From Rhodopila sp. (GTDB lineage: Bacteria > Pseudomonadota > Alphaproteobacteria > Acetobacterales > Acetobacteraceae), in NCBI GenBank assembly GCA_025355085.1, contig JANXLQ010000095.1, positions 229 through 64,228 of the forward strand: 64,000 nucleotides of DNA, given 5' to 3'. Within the stretch, counting starts at the first letter, position 1, and each line of letters begins with the position of its first letter. Below, piece after piece: positions 1-10,449 of the stretch. The position numbers and the translations under genes were made by a program. The notes beneath the pieces are model-generated. The model saw only the letters and a program-made list of their open reading frames with translations. It searched no databases and had not been told where the DNA came from.

Positions 1-2033
1 ACATCCGGACTCATTTCGCCATCATACTCGAAATCGACCTTGCGCTCATCGAGTATCTTGACCGCATCCCGCATCGGGGCCGCCCGCTGATCCAACGGAT
101 CGCCGAATGTCGCGTGCGACAACAACGCCACGCGCGGCTCGTGCCCAAGATGTCGTGCCGCAGCCGCGGCGCCGATGGCGATATCGGCCAATTGCGTCGC
201 ATCCGGGCGGAAATGCACCAGCGAGTCTGCCAGGAAGATGGTCTTGCCGCGCATCCCGACCAACAACGTCAGCCCGAACGGAATGCCGCCTTTTGCCGGC
301 CCGATCGCATGGCGGATATCTTGCAGGCAAACCGAGGCGGAGCGGGTCAGTCCGGTGACCATCGCGTCGGCATCGCCGGTCGCGACCATGCAGGCGGCGA
401 AGACGTTTCGGTCCTGATTGACCATCCGCTGCACATCGCGCCGCAGATGCCCTTGGCGCTGCAATCGGTTGTAAAGGAATTCAACATATTTGCTGTTGTC
501 GCTCGACAGCCGAGCATTGTGGATCTCAATGCCGTCAGTTCCGCCAAGCCCGAGACCGTCGAGCGTGGCCAACACGCGATCCTCGCGCCCGATCAGAATT
601 GGGCGTCCGTAGCCGGCGTTGCGGTAGGCGACCGCAGCCCGCACCACCTGGGCTTCCTCACCTTCGGCGAACACGACGCGGCGCGGGCTTTCGCGCACCA
701 TCTCCATCGTCGCGTCCAGCGCATCGGCCGTCGGATCGAGGCGGCCGGAAAGACCACGCACATAACGACGCATGTCCTCGATGGGCTTGCGCGCGACACC
801 GGAATCCATCGCCGCCTGCGCCACCGCCGGTGAGACACGCGCGATTAGACGCGGATCGAAAGCGTTGGGAATGATATATTCCGGCCCAAACGCAAGGCGG
901 CGTCCGATTGACGCTGAGTGGACCTCATCGGGCACGTCTTCACGGGCCAGCTTGGCCAATGCATGGGCCGCGGCGATCTTCATCGCGTCGTTGATCGTGC
1001 TGGCGCGAACGTCCAAAGCGCCACGAAAAATAAACGGAAAGCCGAGGACGTTGTTGACCTGATTGGGGTAGTCGCTGCGTCCGGTCGCGATGATGGCGTT
1101 CGGACTGGCGGCCCGCGCCTCCTCCGGGGTGATTTCCGGGTTAGGGTTGGCCATGGCGAAGATGATTGGCTTGTCGGCCATCGACGCGACCATGGCCCCG
1201 GTCAGCGCGCCTTTCACCGAGAGGCCGAAGAAAGCGTCGGCCCCCTCCATCGCTTCGCTCAGTGTGCGCGCCTTGGTGTTGGCGGCATGCGCCGATTTCC
1301 ACTGGTTCATGCCTTCGGTGCGGCCCTGATAGACGACACCCTTAGTGTCGCACAGGATCACATGCTGCGGCCGAACGCCCATCGCCTTGAGCAATTCGAC
1401 GCAGGCAATCGCCGCCGAACCGGCACCGTTGACCACCAGTTTGGTATCGCGCAACTCCCGGCCGGTCAGGTGGCAGGCGTTGATCAGGCCAGCGGCGGAA
1501 ACGATCGCCGTGCCATGTTGGTCGTCATGGAAAACCGGGATGTCCATCAGTTCGCGCAGGCGCTGCTCGATAACGAAGCACTCTGGCGCTTTGATGTCTT
1601 CGAGATTGATTCCGCCGAAGCTTGGTCCGAGGAACCGAACGGCGTTGATGAATTCCTCAATATCTTCGGTGCCGATCTCGAGATCGATCCCATCGACATC
1701 GGCAAAACGTTTGAAGAGGGCGACTTTACCCTCCATGACCGGCTTGGACGCCAGCGCACCCAAATTGCCCAGCCCCAGAACAGCCGTGCCGTTCGTGATG
1801 ACGGCGACCATGTTGCCTTTGGTCGTGTACTCGTATGCCAGAGCAGGATTACGAGCAATCGCGAGGCACGGGGCCGCTACACCCGGGGAATAGGCCATCG
1901 AAAGATCGCGCGCCGTGGCGATAGGCTTGCTGATCCGGGTTTCGAGTTTGCCCGGACGGCCCATGGCATGCATGGCCAAACTCTCTTCGTCGGAAACCCG
2001 CGCCGTACGCGTGTCGATTGCCGTGTCGGCCAT
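1..2033 (-). CDS. maeB: NADP-dependent malic enzyme, C-terminus beyond the left edge
   Basis: My own translation of the minus strand from ATG 2033-2031 reads [86 protein letters not shown]. These are malic enzyme signatures. The ORF runs off the window, so it is absent from the supplied track. Confidence 0.85.
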   Translation of the reverse strand, partial: MADTAIDTRTARVSDEESLAMHAMGRPGKLETRISKPIATARDLSMAYSPGVAAPCLAIARNPALAYEYTTKGNMVAVITNGTAVLGLGNLGALASKPVMEGKVALFKRFADVDGIDLEIGTEDIEEFINAVRFLGPSFGGINLEDIKAPECFVIEQRLRELMDIPVFHDDQHGTAIVSAAGLINACHLTGRELRDTKLVVNGAGSAAIACVELLKAMGVRPQHVILCDTKGVVYQGRTEGMNQWKSAHAANTKARTLSEAMEGADAFFGLSVKGALTGAMVASMADKPIIFAMANPNPEITPEEARAASPNAIIATGRSDYPNQVNNVLGFPFIFRGALDVRASTINDAMKIAAAHALAKLAREDVPDEVHSASIGRRLAFGPEYIIPNAFDPRLIARVSPAVAQAAMDSGVARKPIEDMRRYVRGLSGRLDPTADALDATMEMVRESPRRVVFAEGEEAQVVRAAVAYRNAGYGRPILIGREDRVLATLDGLGLGGTDGIEIHNARLSSDNSKYVEFLYNRLQRQGHLRRDVQRMVNQDRNVFAACMVATGDADAMVTGLTRSASVCLQDIRHAIGPAKGGIPFGLTLLVGMRGKTIFLADSLVHFRPDATQLADIAIGAAAAARHLGHEPRVALLSHATFGDPLDQRAAPMRDAVKILDERKVDFEYDGEMSPD

Positions 2034-2168
2034 GGCCGGACTCCCCCTTTGATTGGCCAGCATCCTATCGGATGCTACGCTTCTCACCACGGTCTTGCGC
2101 CGCAACTTACGAAAAGAGCGATGTTCAGGCATGGCGAGAGAGGGTGCTTCTATGGCAGAAAGCACCCA

Positions 2169-4025
2169 ATGAGCAATCGGTTCGATGTTATAGTTGTAGG
2201 CGGCGGTCACGCAGGGTGCGAGGCAGCCGCCGCGTCCTCTCGGATGGGCGCCAAGACCCTGCTGCTGACCCACGATCTGGCCAAGATCGGAGAGATGTCG
2301 TGCAACCCGTCAATTGGTGGAATCGGCAAAGGCCATCTGGTGCGGGAGATCGACGCACTCGACGGCCTGATGGGGCGAACCGCCGACGCGGCCGGCATCC
2401 ATTTCAAAGTCCTCAACCGGAGCAAAGGTCCAGCCGTGCGCGGCCCGCGTGCGCAGGCGGATCGCTCGCTTTACCGGCGGGCGATGCAGACCTTCCTGGC
2501 GGAAACCCCCAATCTCACGCTTCAGGCTGGCGCCGCCGACGATCTGGAGGTGGATCGCGACGGGCGCATCGTCGCTGTGATCTGCTCAGGCGGTCAGCGG
2601 ATCGGCTGCGGCGCGGTCGTGCTGACTGCCGGGACGTTCCTGCGAGGCATTATCCATATAGGTGACCGTCAAACCCCGGCCGGGCGGATGGGGGAAGCCC
2701 CGTCGGTCGGCCTGGCGCAAACGCTTTCTCGTTTCGGCCTGCCGCTCGGCCGGCTGAAGACCGGCACGCCTCCACGGCTGGACCGGCGTACGATCGACTG
2801 GGACAGTCTGCGCGCCGACCCCGGCGACGATGAACCCCAGCCGTTCAGTACCCTGACGTCCCGTCTCCTGAACCGGCAGATCGACTGCCGGGTGACCGGA
2901 ACGACTGAGGCAACGCACGCGGTCATTCGCGAGAACATCCACAAATCGCCCGTCTATTCCGGCCAGATCGCTGGACGCGGGCCGCGTTACTGCCCGTCGA
3001 TCGAGGACAAGATCGTCCGGTTCAGCGGCAAGGATCGCCACAATATTTTTCTGGAGCCGGAAGGTCTGGACGATCCGACCGTGTATCCCAACGGCATCTC
3101 CACCAGCCTGCCGGAGGACGTTCAGCAGGCGATCCTGAAGACAATCCCGGGTCTGGAACACGCCCGCATGATCCGTCCAGGTTACGCCGTCGAGTACGAT
3201 TACGTCGATCCCCGCGCTTTAACGCGCAGCCTGGAATTGCGGGCGATGCCCGGTTTGTTCCTCGCTGGCCAGATCAACGGCACGACAGGATACGAGGAAG
3301 CCGCCGCGCAGGGCGTACTGGCGGGGATCAACGCCGCTCGGCTGACCGGCGGCCAGACTCCTGTTTGGCTTGACCGGACGGACTCCTATCTCGGTGTGAT
3401 GGTGGACGACCTGACGACGCAGGGTGTCGCCGAACCGTATCGGATGTTCACGTCGCGGGCCGAATTCCGCCTTAGTCTGCGGGCGGACAACGCCGACCTC
3501 CGGCTGACCGGCAAAGGTATGGAGTGGGGTTGTGTCGGAAGCGTCCGGCAGGCCGCGTTTACCGCACACCGGATCGCGCTTGCGGACGCAATGGACCGTG
3601 CCCGGCAGGAAGGGTTGCCCGCAACGGCGATGAGTCGTCTCGGCATCGTTCCCCCCTCCGACGGACGCTGGAGGCCGGTCCTGGATCTGGCCGGCAATGA
3701 CAGTGTCGCCTGGCCTGTATTGTGCGCGGCATTCCCGTGGCTGGCCGAACTACCGGCGCGAACCGCGGAACAGCTACGCACCGACGCGCGCTATGCGGGC
3801 TACCTGCACCGGCAACAGGCTGAAGTCCGCATGAGCCGGCGAGAAGACGGCGTGGACCTGGGCGGCATATTGTTCGAGGAAATCGGCAGTCTTTCGAACG
3901 AAATCCGAGAGAAGCTGAACAATATCCGCCCGGAATCGCTTGGTGCGGCTGCACGTATTCAAGGCATGACACCGGCTGCGCTGGCCTCGATCGCCGCTTT
4001 CGTCCGCAAGCGCGTGGCGGCGTAG
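2169..4025 (+). CDS. mnmG: tRNA uridine-5-carboxymethylaminomethyl modification enzyme MnmG/GidA
   Basis: The internal ATG at 2169 of ORF 918..4025 gives [20 protein letters not shown] (FAD fold), then [23 protein letters not shown] and the [12 protein letters not shown] motifs. Length is 618 aa. Confidence 0.95.
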   Translation: MSNRFDVIVVGGGHAGCEAAAASSRMGAKTLLLTHDLAKIGEMSCNPSIGGIGKGHLVREIDALDGLMGRTADAAGIHFKVLNRSKGPAVRGPRAQADRSLYRRAMQTFLAETPNLTLQAGAADDLEVDRDGRIVAVICSGGQRIGCGAVVLTAGTFLRGIIHIGDRQTPAGRMGEAPSVGLAQTLSRFGLPLGRLKTGTPPRLDRRTIDWDSLRADPGDDEPQPFSTLTSRLLNRQIDCRVTGTTEATHAVIRENIHKSPVYSGQIAGRGPRYCPSIEDKIVRFSGKDRHNIFLEPEGLDDPTVYPNGISTSLPEDVQQAILKTIPGLEHARMIRPGYAVEYDYVDPRALTRSLELRAMPGLFLAGQINGTTGYEEAAAQGVLAGINAARLTGGQTPVWLDRTDSYLGVMVDDLTTQGVAEPYRMFTSRAEFRLSLRADNADLRLTGKGMEWGCVGSVRQAAFTAHRIALADAMDRARQEGLPATAMSRLGIVPPSDGRWRPVLDLAGNDSVAWPVLCAAFPWLAELPARTAEQLRTDARYAGYLHRQQAEVRMSRREDGVDLGGILFEEIGSLSNEIREKLNNIRPESLGAAARIQGMTPAALASIAAFVRKRVAA

Positions 4026-4032
4026 AGACGCA

Positions 4033-6768
4033 GTGGACAGCGTTTCGAACCCGCCCGTTTTAAAGGGAATATCCGCCGTGGGGGGCATATCCGCCGTGGG
4101 GGAAATGTCCCCCGTGGGAGCAATGTCCCCCGTGGGAGCAATGTCCCCCGTGGGAGCAATGTCCCCCGTGGGGGCGACCCCTGCGATGGCGCAATGGTTC
4201 GCCTGCAAAGCCGATCACCCCGACGCGCTGCTGTTTTTCCGCATGGGCGACTTCTACGAATTGTTCTTTGCCGATGCCGAAGCCGCCGCCGCCGCCCTGG
4301 ATATCGCCCTGTCCCACCGTGGCGAACACGGCGGACGCCCGATCCCGATGTGCGGCGTTCCCCACCACGCATCGGACGTCTATCTCGCCCGGCTGATCCG
4401 CCGTGGCTTCCGCGTCGCCATCGTCGAGCAGATGGAAGATCCGAAAAACCGCGTCGGCAAACTGCCGATCAAGCGGGCGGTTGTCCGCATCATCACCCCC
4501 GGCACGATCACCGAAGAGTCCCTACTGGAAGCCGGCAGGCCCAATCTGCTGATGGCCCTGGCATGGGATAAGGATGGCCTCGGTGCCGCCTGGGTGGATG
4601 TATCCACTGGTTTATTTGAAACCACAGCCATCGCGGCATCCGAACTTCCCGCACTTCTCGGCCGGTTGGAACCGGTTGAACTTCTGGCTCCGGAGTCGCT
4701 CGATCTCGGCGAATGGTCGTCTAACCGGTCCCCCGAAACCGTGCCATCCACACCGCTGGTCGCAAGGCGGCGGCTGGCCGAGACATTCGGCACGGTCAGC
4801 CTGGACGCATTCGGCTCTTTCACCGACGGCGAGGCAGTCGCCGCCGCAATGGCGGTGGACTACATCCGCAGCACTCAGTCGGGCGCCCTGCCCCGGCTCG
4901 GCCGTCCAGAACCAAGAGGCCAGACCGGCGCATTGCTCATGGATGCGGCGACACGCGCCAGCCTGGAAATCCTCCGGTCCAGAGATGGCGGAACCCAGCA
5001 CACTTTATTCGCGGCAATCCAGCGGACATTGACCGCAGCCGGGGCGCGCCTGCTGGCGGCATGGCTCTCCGCACCTCTTACCGATCTGGCTGCGATCACC
5101 GCCCGTCAGGATGCCTGGTCCTGGTGTGTCGCCAATCAGGACGCCACCAACCAACTACGCGCAATCCTTCGCACCGCCCCCGACATGGCTCGGGCACTTG
5201 GGCGGTTGTCGCTAAATCGCGGAACACCACGCGACCTCGCAGCCATTCGCGATGGATTGAAAGCCGCATTCGCCGCAGCCGGGTTGCTTCAGCCACCGCT
5301 GCCAAATGCCCTGGCCGATGCAGGGGCTGCCATCCCCTCCGGCTCTTTACTGGCGGCAGAACTGGCGCGGGCGCTGTCCGACCCGGTGCCGGCACGCCTG
5401 GAAGACGGCGGCGCAATCCGTACCGGTTACGATGGAGAACTCGACGCCCATCGTACTCTGCGCGACGAGAGCCGTCAGGTCATTGCCAAACTACAACTCG
5501 ATTTCGCGCAGCGTTTCGGTGTCGCCAGCCTCAAGATCAAGCACCACATGCAACTCGGTTACATCATTGAGGCGCCTGCCATCGCGGTAGAGGGACTACG
5601 GAGCTTTCCCGAACTGACCCTGCGTCAGGGAATGGCGAACGGTGCGCGCTTCACAACGCCCGAACTATCCGAACTGGATCAAAAAATACGCGAAGCCGCC
5701 GAGAAGGCGACCGCGCGGGAGCGGCTGGTATTCGCCCATTTGGTCCGAGACATACTGACGCATGCAGACTCACTGGCCGCTTGTGCAGGCGCGCTGGCTT
5801 TCCTGGATGCGACCCAATCCGCTGCAAAGCTGGCGCAAAGCGGTACCTGGGTGCGGCCAACGCTGACCGCTTCGGAAGAATATTGTATCGAATCCGGGCG
5901 GCATCCGGTGGTGGAGAGCGCCCTGGCCAGCCACGCCGCGTTCGTGCCCAATCGCTGCGACCTGTCCCCCGGCCAGCGCGTCATGCTGCTGACAGGCCCG
6001 AATATGGCGGGAAAATCGACATTCTTACGTCAGAATGCACTATTTGTCGTGCTCGCGCAGGCCGGATTACCGCTTCCGGCTGAGTCCGCCGTTCTGGGGA
6101 TCGTGGACAGGCTTTTCAGCCGGGTTGGCGCCGCTGACGACCTGGCGCGCGGACGATCGACCTTCATGGTGGAGATGACCGAAACCGCCGCCATCCTACA
6201 CCAGGCAGGTCCGAAGTCGCTGGTGGTCGTAGATGAAATAGGCCGCGGTACATCCACGTTGGATGGCTTGGCAATCGCCTGGGCAGTATTAGAGTCTTTA
6301 CATTCGGCCATACGCTGCCGCACCATCTTTGCCACACATTTCCATGAACTGGCGGAATTGGCGGACCGCCTGCCAAGGCTCAAACCGCATACGATGCGCG
6401 TCAAAGAATGGAAGGGTACGGTCGTGTTTCTACACGAAGTTGCCGAGGGTGCGGCCGGACGTTCATGGGGCGTTCATGTCGCCGAACTGGCCGGGGTCCC
6501 GGCCCCCGTCGTCAAGCGAGCCGCTTCGCTAATGGCGGCTATGGAAAAGCACGGCGGCCCGCTGGGCAAATCCGCCTCGCTTCAGGCATTGCCGCTTTTC
6601 GCCGCCACGGCGGAACCGGATGAACCCATTCTACCTGCGGTTGATTTTTTGCCCCTATGCGACGCTTTGAACGAAATCGACCCAAATAATATGTCCCCCA
6701 AACAGGCTCTTGACGTCTTATATCGTCTGAAAGCACTTGTGCCGGGTTGCGCGGATGGGGTCACATAG
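4033..6768 (+). CDS. mutS: DNA mismatch repair protein MutS with a repeat-containing N-terminal extension
   Basis: TPAMAQWFACKADHPDALLFFRMGDFYELFF is the MutS N-terminal mismatch-binding signature. GPNMAGKSTFLRQ is Walker A, and DEIGRGTST is also present. The start is uncertain: GTG 4033 or one of the ATGs inside the repeat. Confidence 0.9.
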   Translation: MDSVSNPPVLKGISAVGGISAVGEMSPVGAMSPVGAMSPVGAMSPVGATPAMAQWFACKADHPDALLFFRMGDFYELFFADAEAAAAALDIALSHRGEHGGRPIPMCGVPHHASDVYLARLIRRGFRVAIVEQMEDPKNRVGKLPIKRAVVRIITPGTITEESLLEAGRPNLLMALAWDKDGLGAAWVDVSTGLFETTAIAASELPALLGRLEPVELLAPESLDLGEWSSNRSPETVPSTPLVARRRLAETFGTVSLDAFGSFTDGEAVAAAMAVDYIRSTQSGALPRLGRPEPRGQTGALLMDAATRASLEILRSRDGGTQHTLFAAIQRTLTAAGARLLAAWLSAPLTDLAAITARQDAWSWCVANQDATNQLRAILRTAPDMARALGRLSLNRGTPRDLAAIRDGLKAAFAAAGLLQPPLPNALADAGAAIPSGSLLAAELARALSDPVPARLEDGGAIRTGYDGELDAHRTLRDESRQVIAKLQLDFAQRFGVASLKIKHHMQLGYIIEAPAIAVEGLRSFPELTLRQGMANGARFTTPELSELDQKIREAAEKATARERLVFAHLVRDILTHADSLAACAGALAFLDATQSAAKLAQSGTWVRPTLTASEEYCIESGRHPVVESALASHAAFVPNRCDLSPGQRVMLLTGPNMAGKSTFLRQNALFVVLAQAGLPLPAESAVLGIVDRLFSRVGAADDLARGRSTFMVEMTETAAILHQAGPKSLVVVDEIGRGTSTLDGLAIAWAVLESLHSAIRCRTIFATHFHELAELADRLPRLKPHTMRVKEWKGTVVFLHEVAEGAAGRSWGVHVAELAGVPAPVVKRAASLMAAMEKHGGPLGKSASLQALPLFAATAEPDEPILPAVDFLPLCDALNEIDPNNMSPKQALDVLYRLKALVPGCADGVT
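4069..4176. repeat. 18-bp tandem repeat x6, in frame within the mutS 5' end
   Basis: Units atatccgccgtggggggc, atatccgccgtgggggaa, atgtcccccgtgggagca x3 (perfect) and atgtcccccgtgggggcg. They encode ISAVGG, ISAVGE and MSPVGA x4. Confidence 0.9.
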
Positions 6769-9598
6769 TACGATCAAAGCAATGTTAACTCCCATCCCCT
6801 TGCCACGTGCCCCAGAAGCCGCGGCGTCGCTCCTCTCCGATGCCCTCGCAGCCATTGCGCAGGAGAGCGGGTCGATTTCGCGAGACGCCGCCGTTGGTGC
6901 TTTCCGGCGTCATTTGGCTCGCATACAAGCGTATGTTCAGCATGCCTTCGAGCATGAGCAGATCACCGGCCTTCAAGCCGCTCGGCTTCTAGGCGCCCTG
7001 ATCGATGGTGTTGTCGCGGCCCTCTTTGAACACGCCACGACAAAGGCCGATCTGGGGCTGGCCGAGAACCTCGGTATTGCTGCGACCGGCGGCTACGGCC
7101 GAGGCGTTCTGGCCCCGTTCAGCGACATCGACCTGCTGTTTTTGACGGCCGAGGAACCGACGCCGGAAACGCTCCGGGTCGTCGAGTATATGCTGTACTT
7201 TCTCTGGGACCTTGGCTTGAAGGTCGGCCATGCGACCCGGTCCATCGGCGATTGCCTGATCGAGGGCAGCAAGGATACCACTATCCGCACCGCGCTGCTC
7301 GATGCGCGCTTCCTGACCGGCGACAACACCTTGTTTGGGGAGTTCCACCGCCGGTTCCGGGCGACCTGCAAGGAAGCGGGCGCCGCCGACTATATCGCGG
7401 CAAAGCAGACCGAACGCTCGTTGCGCCACCGGCGGTATGGCGACAGCCCATTCGTTGTCGAGCCGAACGTAAAAGAGGGCCGTGGCGGTCTGCGCGATCT
7501 GCAAACTCTCTACTGGATCGCCCGCTATGTCTTCGACACCCAGACGATGGGTGAACTCGCCGATCTCGGCGGCATATTAACGCAACAGGAAGCCCGCCAC
7601 GGCCGACGTGCCTGGGAGTTCCTGTGGACCGTCCGCTTCCATCTGCATTACGTAGCGGGGCGCGCGGAAGAACGGCTGACATTCGATTTGCAGCCAGTCG
7701 TCGGCGCCCGAATGGGATACACTCGTCACGGCCGCCAGGACGGCGTTGAACGATTCATGCGCCATTATTTCCTGACCGCGCGGGAAATCGCCCGCCTCAC
7801 CCGCATACTTGAGCCGGCCATTTTGCGGTCGGCCCTGGGTCCACCGGCACTCGAGGCCGAAACCGACGACGCGCTGTTGGCTGCCGGCTTTGTTCTCGCG
7901 GAAGGCAAATTAATGCCGATCGCCGGCCGGGATTTCAACGTCGAGCCAATTCAGATGCTACGGATATTGCAGATTGCCCGCGATCGGGTCCTGGAATTGC
8001 ATCCGCTTGCCATCCGCTCCTTCATCCAGAATGAACGCCGAGCGGTATCGCTGCGCGGTGATCCGAAGGCCGCTGCGGTGTTTATGGATCTGCTGTGCGG
8101 CAAGGAGTCCGATCGTCACCGGCCGGGCGGACAACATCCAGACGGCGCCCGGTGGCTCAGTATCCTCAACGAGACGGGCTTTTTTGGCCGCTATCTTCCG
8201 GACTGGGCTCGTATCGTCGGTCAGATGCAGTTCGATACGTACCACATCTTCACCGTCGATGAACACACTATCGAAGCCGTCCGAGTCCTCAACACCCTTG
8301 AACGGGGTGAACTTGCCGATGTCGCCCCGATCGCGTCGGAACTGGTGGGCAACGTCCAGTCGCGCCGTTCGCTCTACCTTGCAATGCTACTGCATGACAT
8401 CGCTAAAGGCCGGGGCGGCGATCATTCGGCCCTTGGCGCCGAAGTCGCCCTGGAGGTCGGCCCGGCGCTGGGCATGACCGACGAAGAAACCGAGACGGTT
8501 TCCTGGCTGGTTCTGCACCACCTGCTGCTGAGTGCAACAGCCTTCAAGCGCGATATCGACGACCCCAAGACAATCCTGGATATCGCTGATACAATCCAAT
8601 CGCCTGAGCGTTTGCGCTTGCTGCTTATCCTGACAGTTGCCGACATGCGGGCTGTGTCGAGCAAGGTTTGGAACGGTTGGAAAGCGACCCTCCTGCGGGA
8701 GCTGTACTCACGCGTCGCTGAAGTGCTGGCCGGCGGTCTTGCCACGGCCGAACGCGATGTGCGTGTCGCCCGCGCCAAATCAGCCGTCGGCACGCTGTTG
8801 AGCGATTGGACTCCGGAAGAACTCGACCACTTTTCCACGCTCGGGTATGCTGGATACTGGTTGTCCTTCGATCCTGAAACCCATGCGCGGCATGCCGTTC
8901 TCATCCGGGATGCGGAACATCGTAAAGCCCCTCTTACTATCGATACTCAACCACTTCCTGCGCGGGCGGTGACCGAGGTGACTGTCTATTGCGCCGACTA
9001 TGCCGGGTTGTTCAGTAAGATATCCGGCGCGCTGGCCGTTGCCGGAGCCTCGATCGTCGATGCCCGCATCCATACGATGACGAATGGTATGGCCCTGGAT
9101 ACGTTCTGGATTCAGGACACTGCTGGTGGGGCGTTCGAAGCCCCCCATCGGCTTGCCCGCCTCTCGGTCTTGATCGAGCAAGCGCTTTCCGGCCGGTTGC
9201 GACTGCCCACCGAGATCAGGCGAATTTCCAAGATACTGCTGGGCCGGCGGATGCAGGCGATCCATGTTCCGCCGCGAGTCGTCGTTGACAATCACGCATC
9301 GAACACCCACACGGTGCTGGAGGTCAACGGTCGCGATCGCCCTGGACTTCTACACGACGTAACCGCTGCCATCAGCGAACAAGGCGTGCAGATCGCCTCG
9401 GCCCATGTGACGACCTACGGCGTTCGGGCGGTTGACGTTTTCTACGTTAAGGACGTGTTTGGTCTGAAGATTGAAAATGAACGAAAACTTGGTCAGCTTC
9501 GTGAGGCGTTGCTTTTAGCTTTGAAAAATCCCGACGACGTGCCGGCGCCCGCCGAAGTTTCCCCCGTTCGCAAGTTGCGCAAAGCCGTTGCCGAATAA
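6755..9598 (+). CDS. glnD: bifunctional [protein-PII] uridylyltransferase/uridylyl-removing enzyme
   Basis: About 950 aa with a nucleotidyltransferase N-terminus (GGYGRGVLAPFSDIDLLFL), an HD domain (LLHDIAKGRGGDHSALG) and two C-terminal ACT-like regions. Alternative starts are at 6737 (GTG) and 6782 (ATG). Confidence 0.9.
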   Translation: MGSHSTIKAMLTPIPLPRAPEAAASLLSDALAAIAQESGSISRDAAVGAFRRHLARIQAYVQHAFEHEQITGLQAARLLGALIDGVVAALFEHATTKADLGLAENLGIAATGGYGRGVLAPFSDIDLLFLTAEEPTPETLRVVEYMLYFLWDLGLKVGHATRSIGDCLIEGSKDTTIRTALLDARFLTGDNTLFGEFHRRFRATCKEAGAADYIAAKQTERSLRHRRYGDSPFVVEPNVKEGRGGLRDLQTLYWIARYVFDTQTMGELADLGGILTQQEARHGRRAWEFLWTVRFHLHYVAGRAEERLTFDLQPVVGARMGYTRHGRQDGVERFMRHYFLTAREIARLTRILEPAILRSALGPPALEAETDDALLAAGFVLAEGKLMPIAGRDFNVEPIQMLRILQIARDRVLELHPLAIRSFIQNERRAVSLRGDPKAAAVFMDLLCGKESDRHRPGGQHPDGARWLSILNETGFFGRYLPDWARIVGQMQFDTYHIFTVDEHTIEAVRVLNTLERGELADVAPIASELVGNVQSRRSLYLAMLLHDIAKGRGGDHSALGAEVALEVGPALGMTDEETETVSWLVLHHLLLSATAFKRDIDDPKTILDIADTIQSPERLRLLLILTVADMRAVSSKVWNGWKATLLRELYSRVAEVLAGGLATAERDVRVARAKSAVGTLLSDWTPEELDHFSTLGYAGYWLSFDPETHARHAVLIRDAEHRKAPLTIDTQPLPARAVTEVTVYCADYAGLFSKISGALAVAGASIVDARIHTMTNGMALDTFWIQDTAGGAFEAPHRLARLSVLIEQALSGRLRLPTEIRRISKILLGRRMQAIHVPPRVVVDNHASNTHTVLEVNGRDRPGLLHDVTAAISEQGVQIASAHVTTYGVRAVDVFYVKDVFGLKIENERKLGQLREALLLALKNPDDVPAPAEVSPVRKLRKAVAE

Positions 9599-9637
9599 AC
9601 CAATTAGATCAACGGCTCTATGTCCTATTCCGTCACA

Positions 9638-9665
9638 GTCATGGTGGGCGAAGGCCTGCCATGAC
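9638..9665. terminator. Hairpin after glnD, a single unit of the REP-like palindrome family
   Basis: gtcATGGTGGGCgaagGCCTGCCATgac. It has the same stem/GAAG-loop design as the copies at 13498 and 16568. Confidence 0.4.
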
Positions 9666-9843
9666 GAGAAGGGGCCGAACGGTCAAAACATTGGGCTGGT
9701 GGTATTACGTCCCAGTTTACCGCACAGCACGCGATCCTGATTAGACAGGTATCGAGCATTCCGCTCCGGTTAGCGTCTGGAATGCACCGGATGGAGGATG
9801 GCCGGAGTTGATAGAACCTTTCTATGCTCGCCCTTGGAGGCGA

Positions 9844-10395
9844 ATGATTTCCTTTGCGCTAAGCCTCGGTGTTGGGTTGGCTGCGTTTGGTTCGCAGGCG
9901 GCAACGCCAAATAGGCCAGCCAGAATGCCGCTGCTGCCTCCGGTCGCCTCCGCCTGCGTATCGTCGCCGTTCGGGCCGCGTATCCTGCCAAATCGGCCGC
10001 TGGCCGGGACATTTCACAATGGGATCGATCTACCTGCGGAGATCGGCAGCCCGGTGGTCGCGGTCGCCCCGGGGACTATCATCCGGATTCAACGGCATGG
10101 CATCGGAGGTCTGGAAATGTTAATCCAGCACGATGGATTTGTCGGCATTTACAGCCATCTCGGCCTCATCGCGCCGGTTCTGGCGGAGGGAGGCAGGCAT
10201 ATTTACGGAGGCGAGAAAATAGGCGTCGTTGGCCGCACCGGCCTGACCTACGGCCCTCATTTGTATTTCGGAATGCTTGTCAACGGCCAGTCGGTCGATC
10301 CCGTACCTTATCTGAATCTAGTTCCCTGTGGCGACCGCCCATCCACCCAGATGGACTTGCGCACTCGCCCAACCCGAGTTTTCAGCCAGCGCTGA
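9844..10395 (+). CDS. M23 family metallopeptidase, secreted
   Basis: Signal-like MISFALSLGVGLAAFGSQA, then HNGIDLPAEIGSPVVAVAPG and GRTGLTYGPHLYFG, which are M23/LytM motifs. Confidence 0.8.
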   Translation: MISFALSLGVGLAAFGSQAATPNRPARMPLLPPVASACVSSPFGPRILPNRPLAGTFHNGIDLPAEIGSPVVAVAPGTIIRIQRHGIGGLEMLIQHDGFVGIYSHLGLIAPVLAEGGRHIYGGEKIGVVGRTGLTYGPHLYFGMLVNGQSVDPVPYLNLVPCGDRPSTQMDLRTRPTRVFSQR

Positions 10396-10396
10396 A

Positions 10397-10441
10397 TCAT
10401 CCGGGGTTGGGTCGTCCGGGGTTGGGTCGTCCGGGGTTGGG
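10397..10441. repeat. 15-bp tandem repeat x3 in a convergent intergenic spacer
   Basis: tcatccggggttggg, tcgtccggggttggg, tcgtccggggttggg. It lies between the stop codons of the M23 peptidase and the hemY-like gene. Confidence 0.85.
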
Positions 10442-10449
10442 GCGCCGGG

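Noticed and set aside
918-2168. N-terminal 417 codons of the 1035-aa ORF 918..4025
   Set aside because: This part is antisense to the clearly recognisable maeB gene and is Arg/Gly/Asp-rich with no motifs. MnmG similarity begins only at ATG 2169.
4069-4176. Possible CRISPR array (also considered for 10397-10441)
   Set aside because: The repeats are directly contiguous with no spacers, only 15-18 bp long, and one lies inside a coding frame. They are simple tandem repeats.
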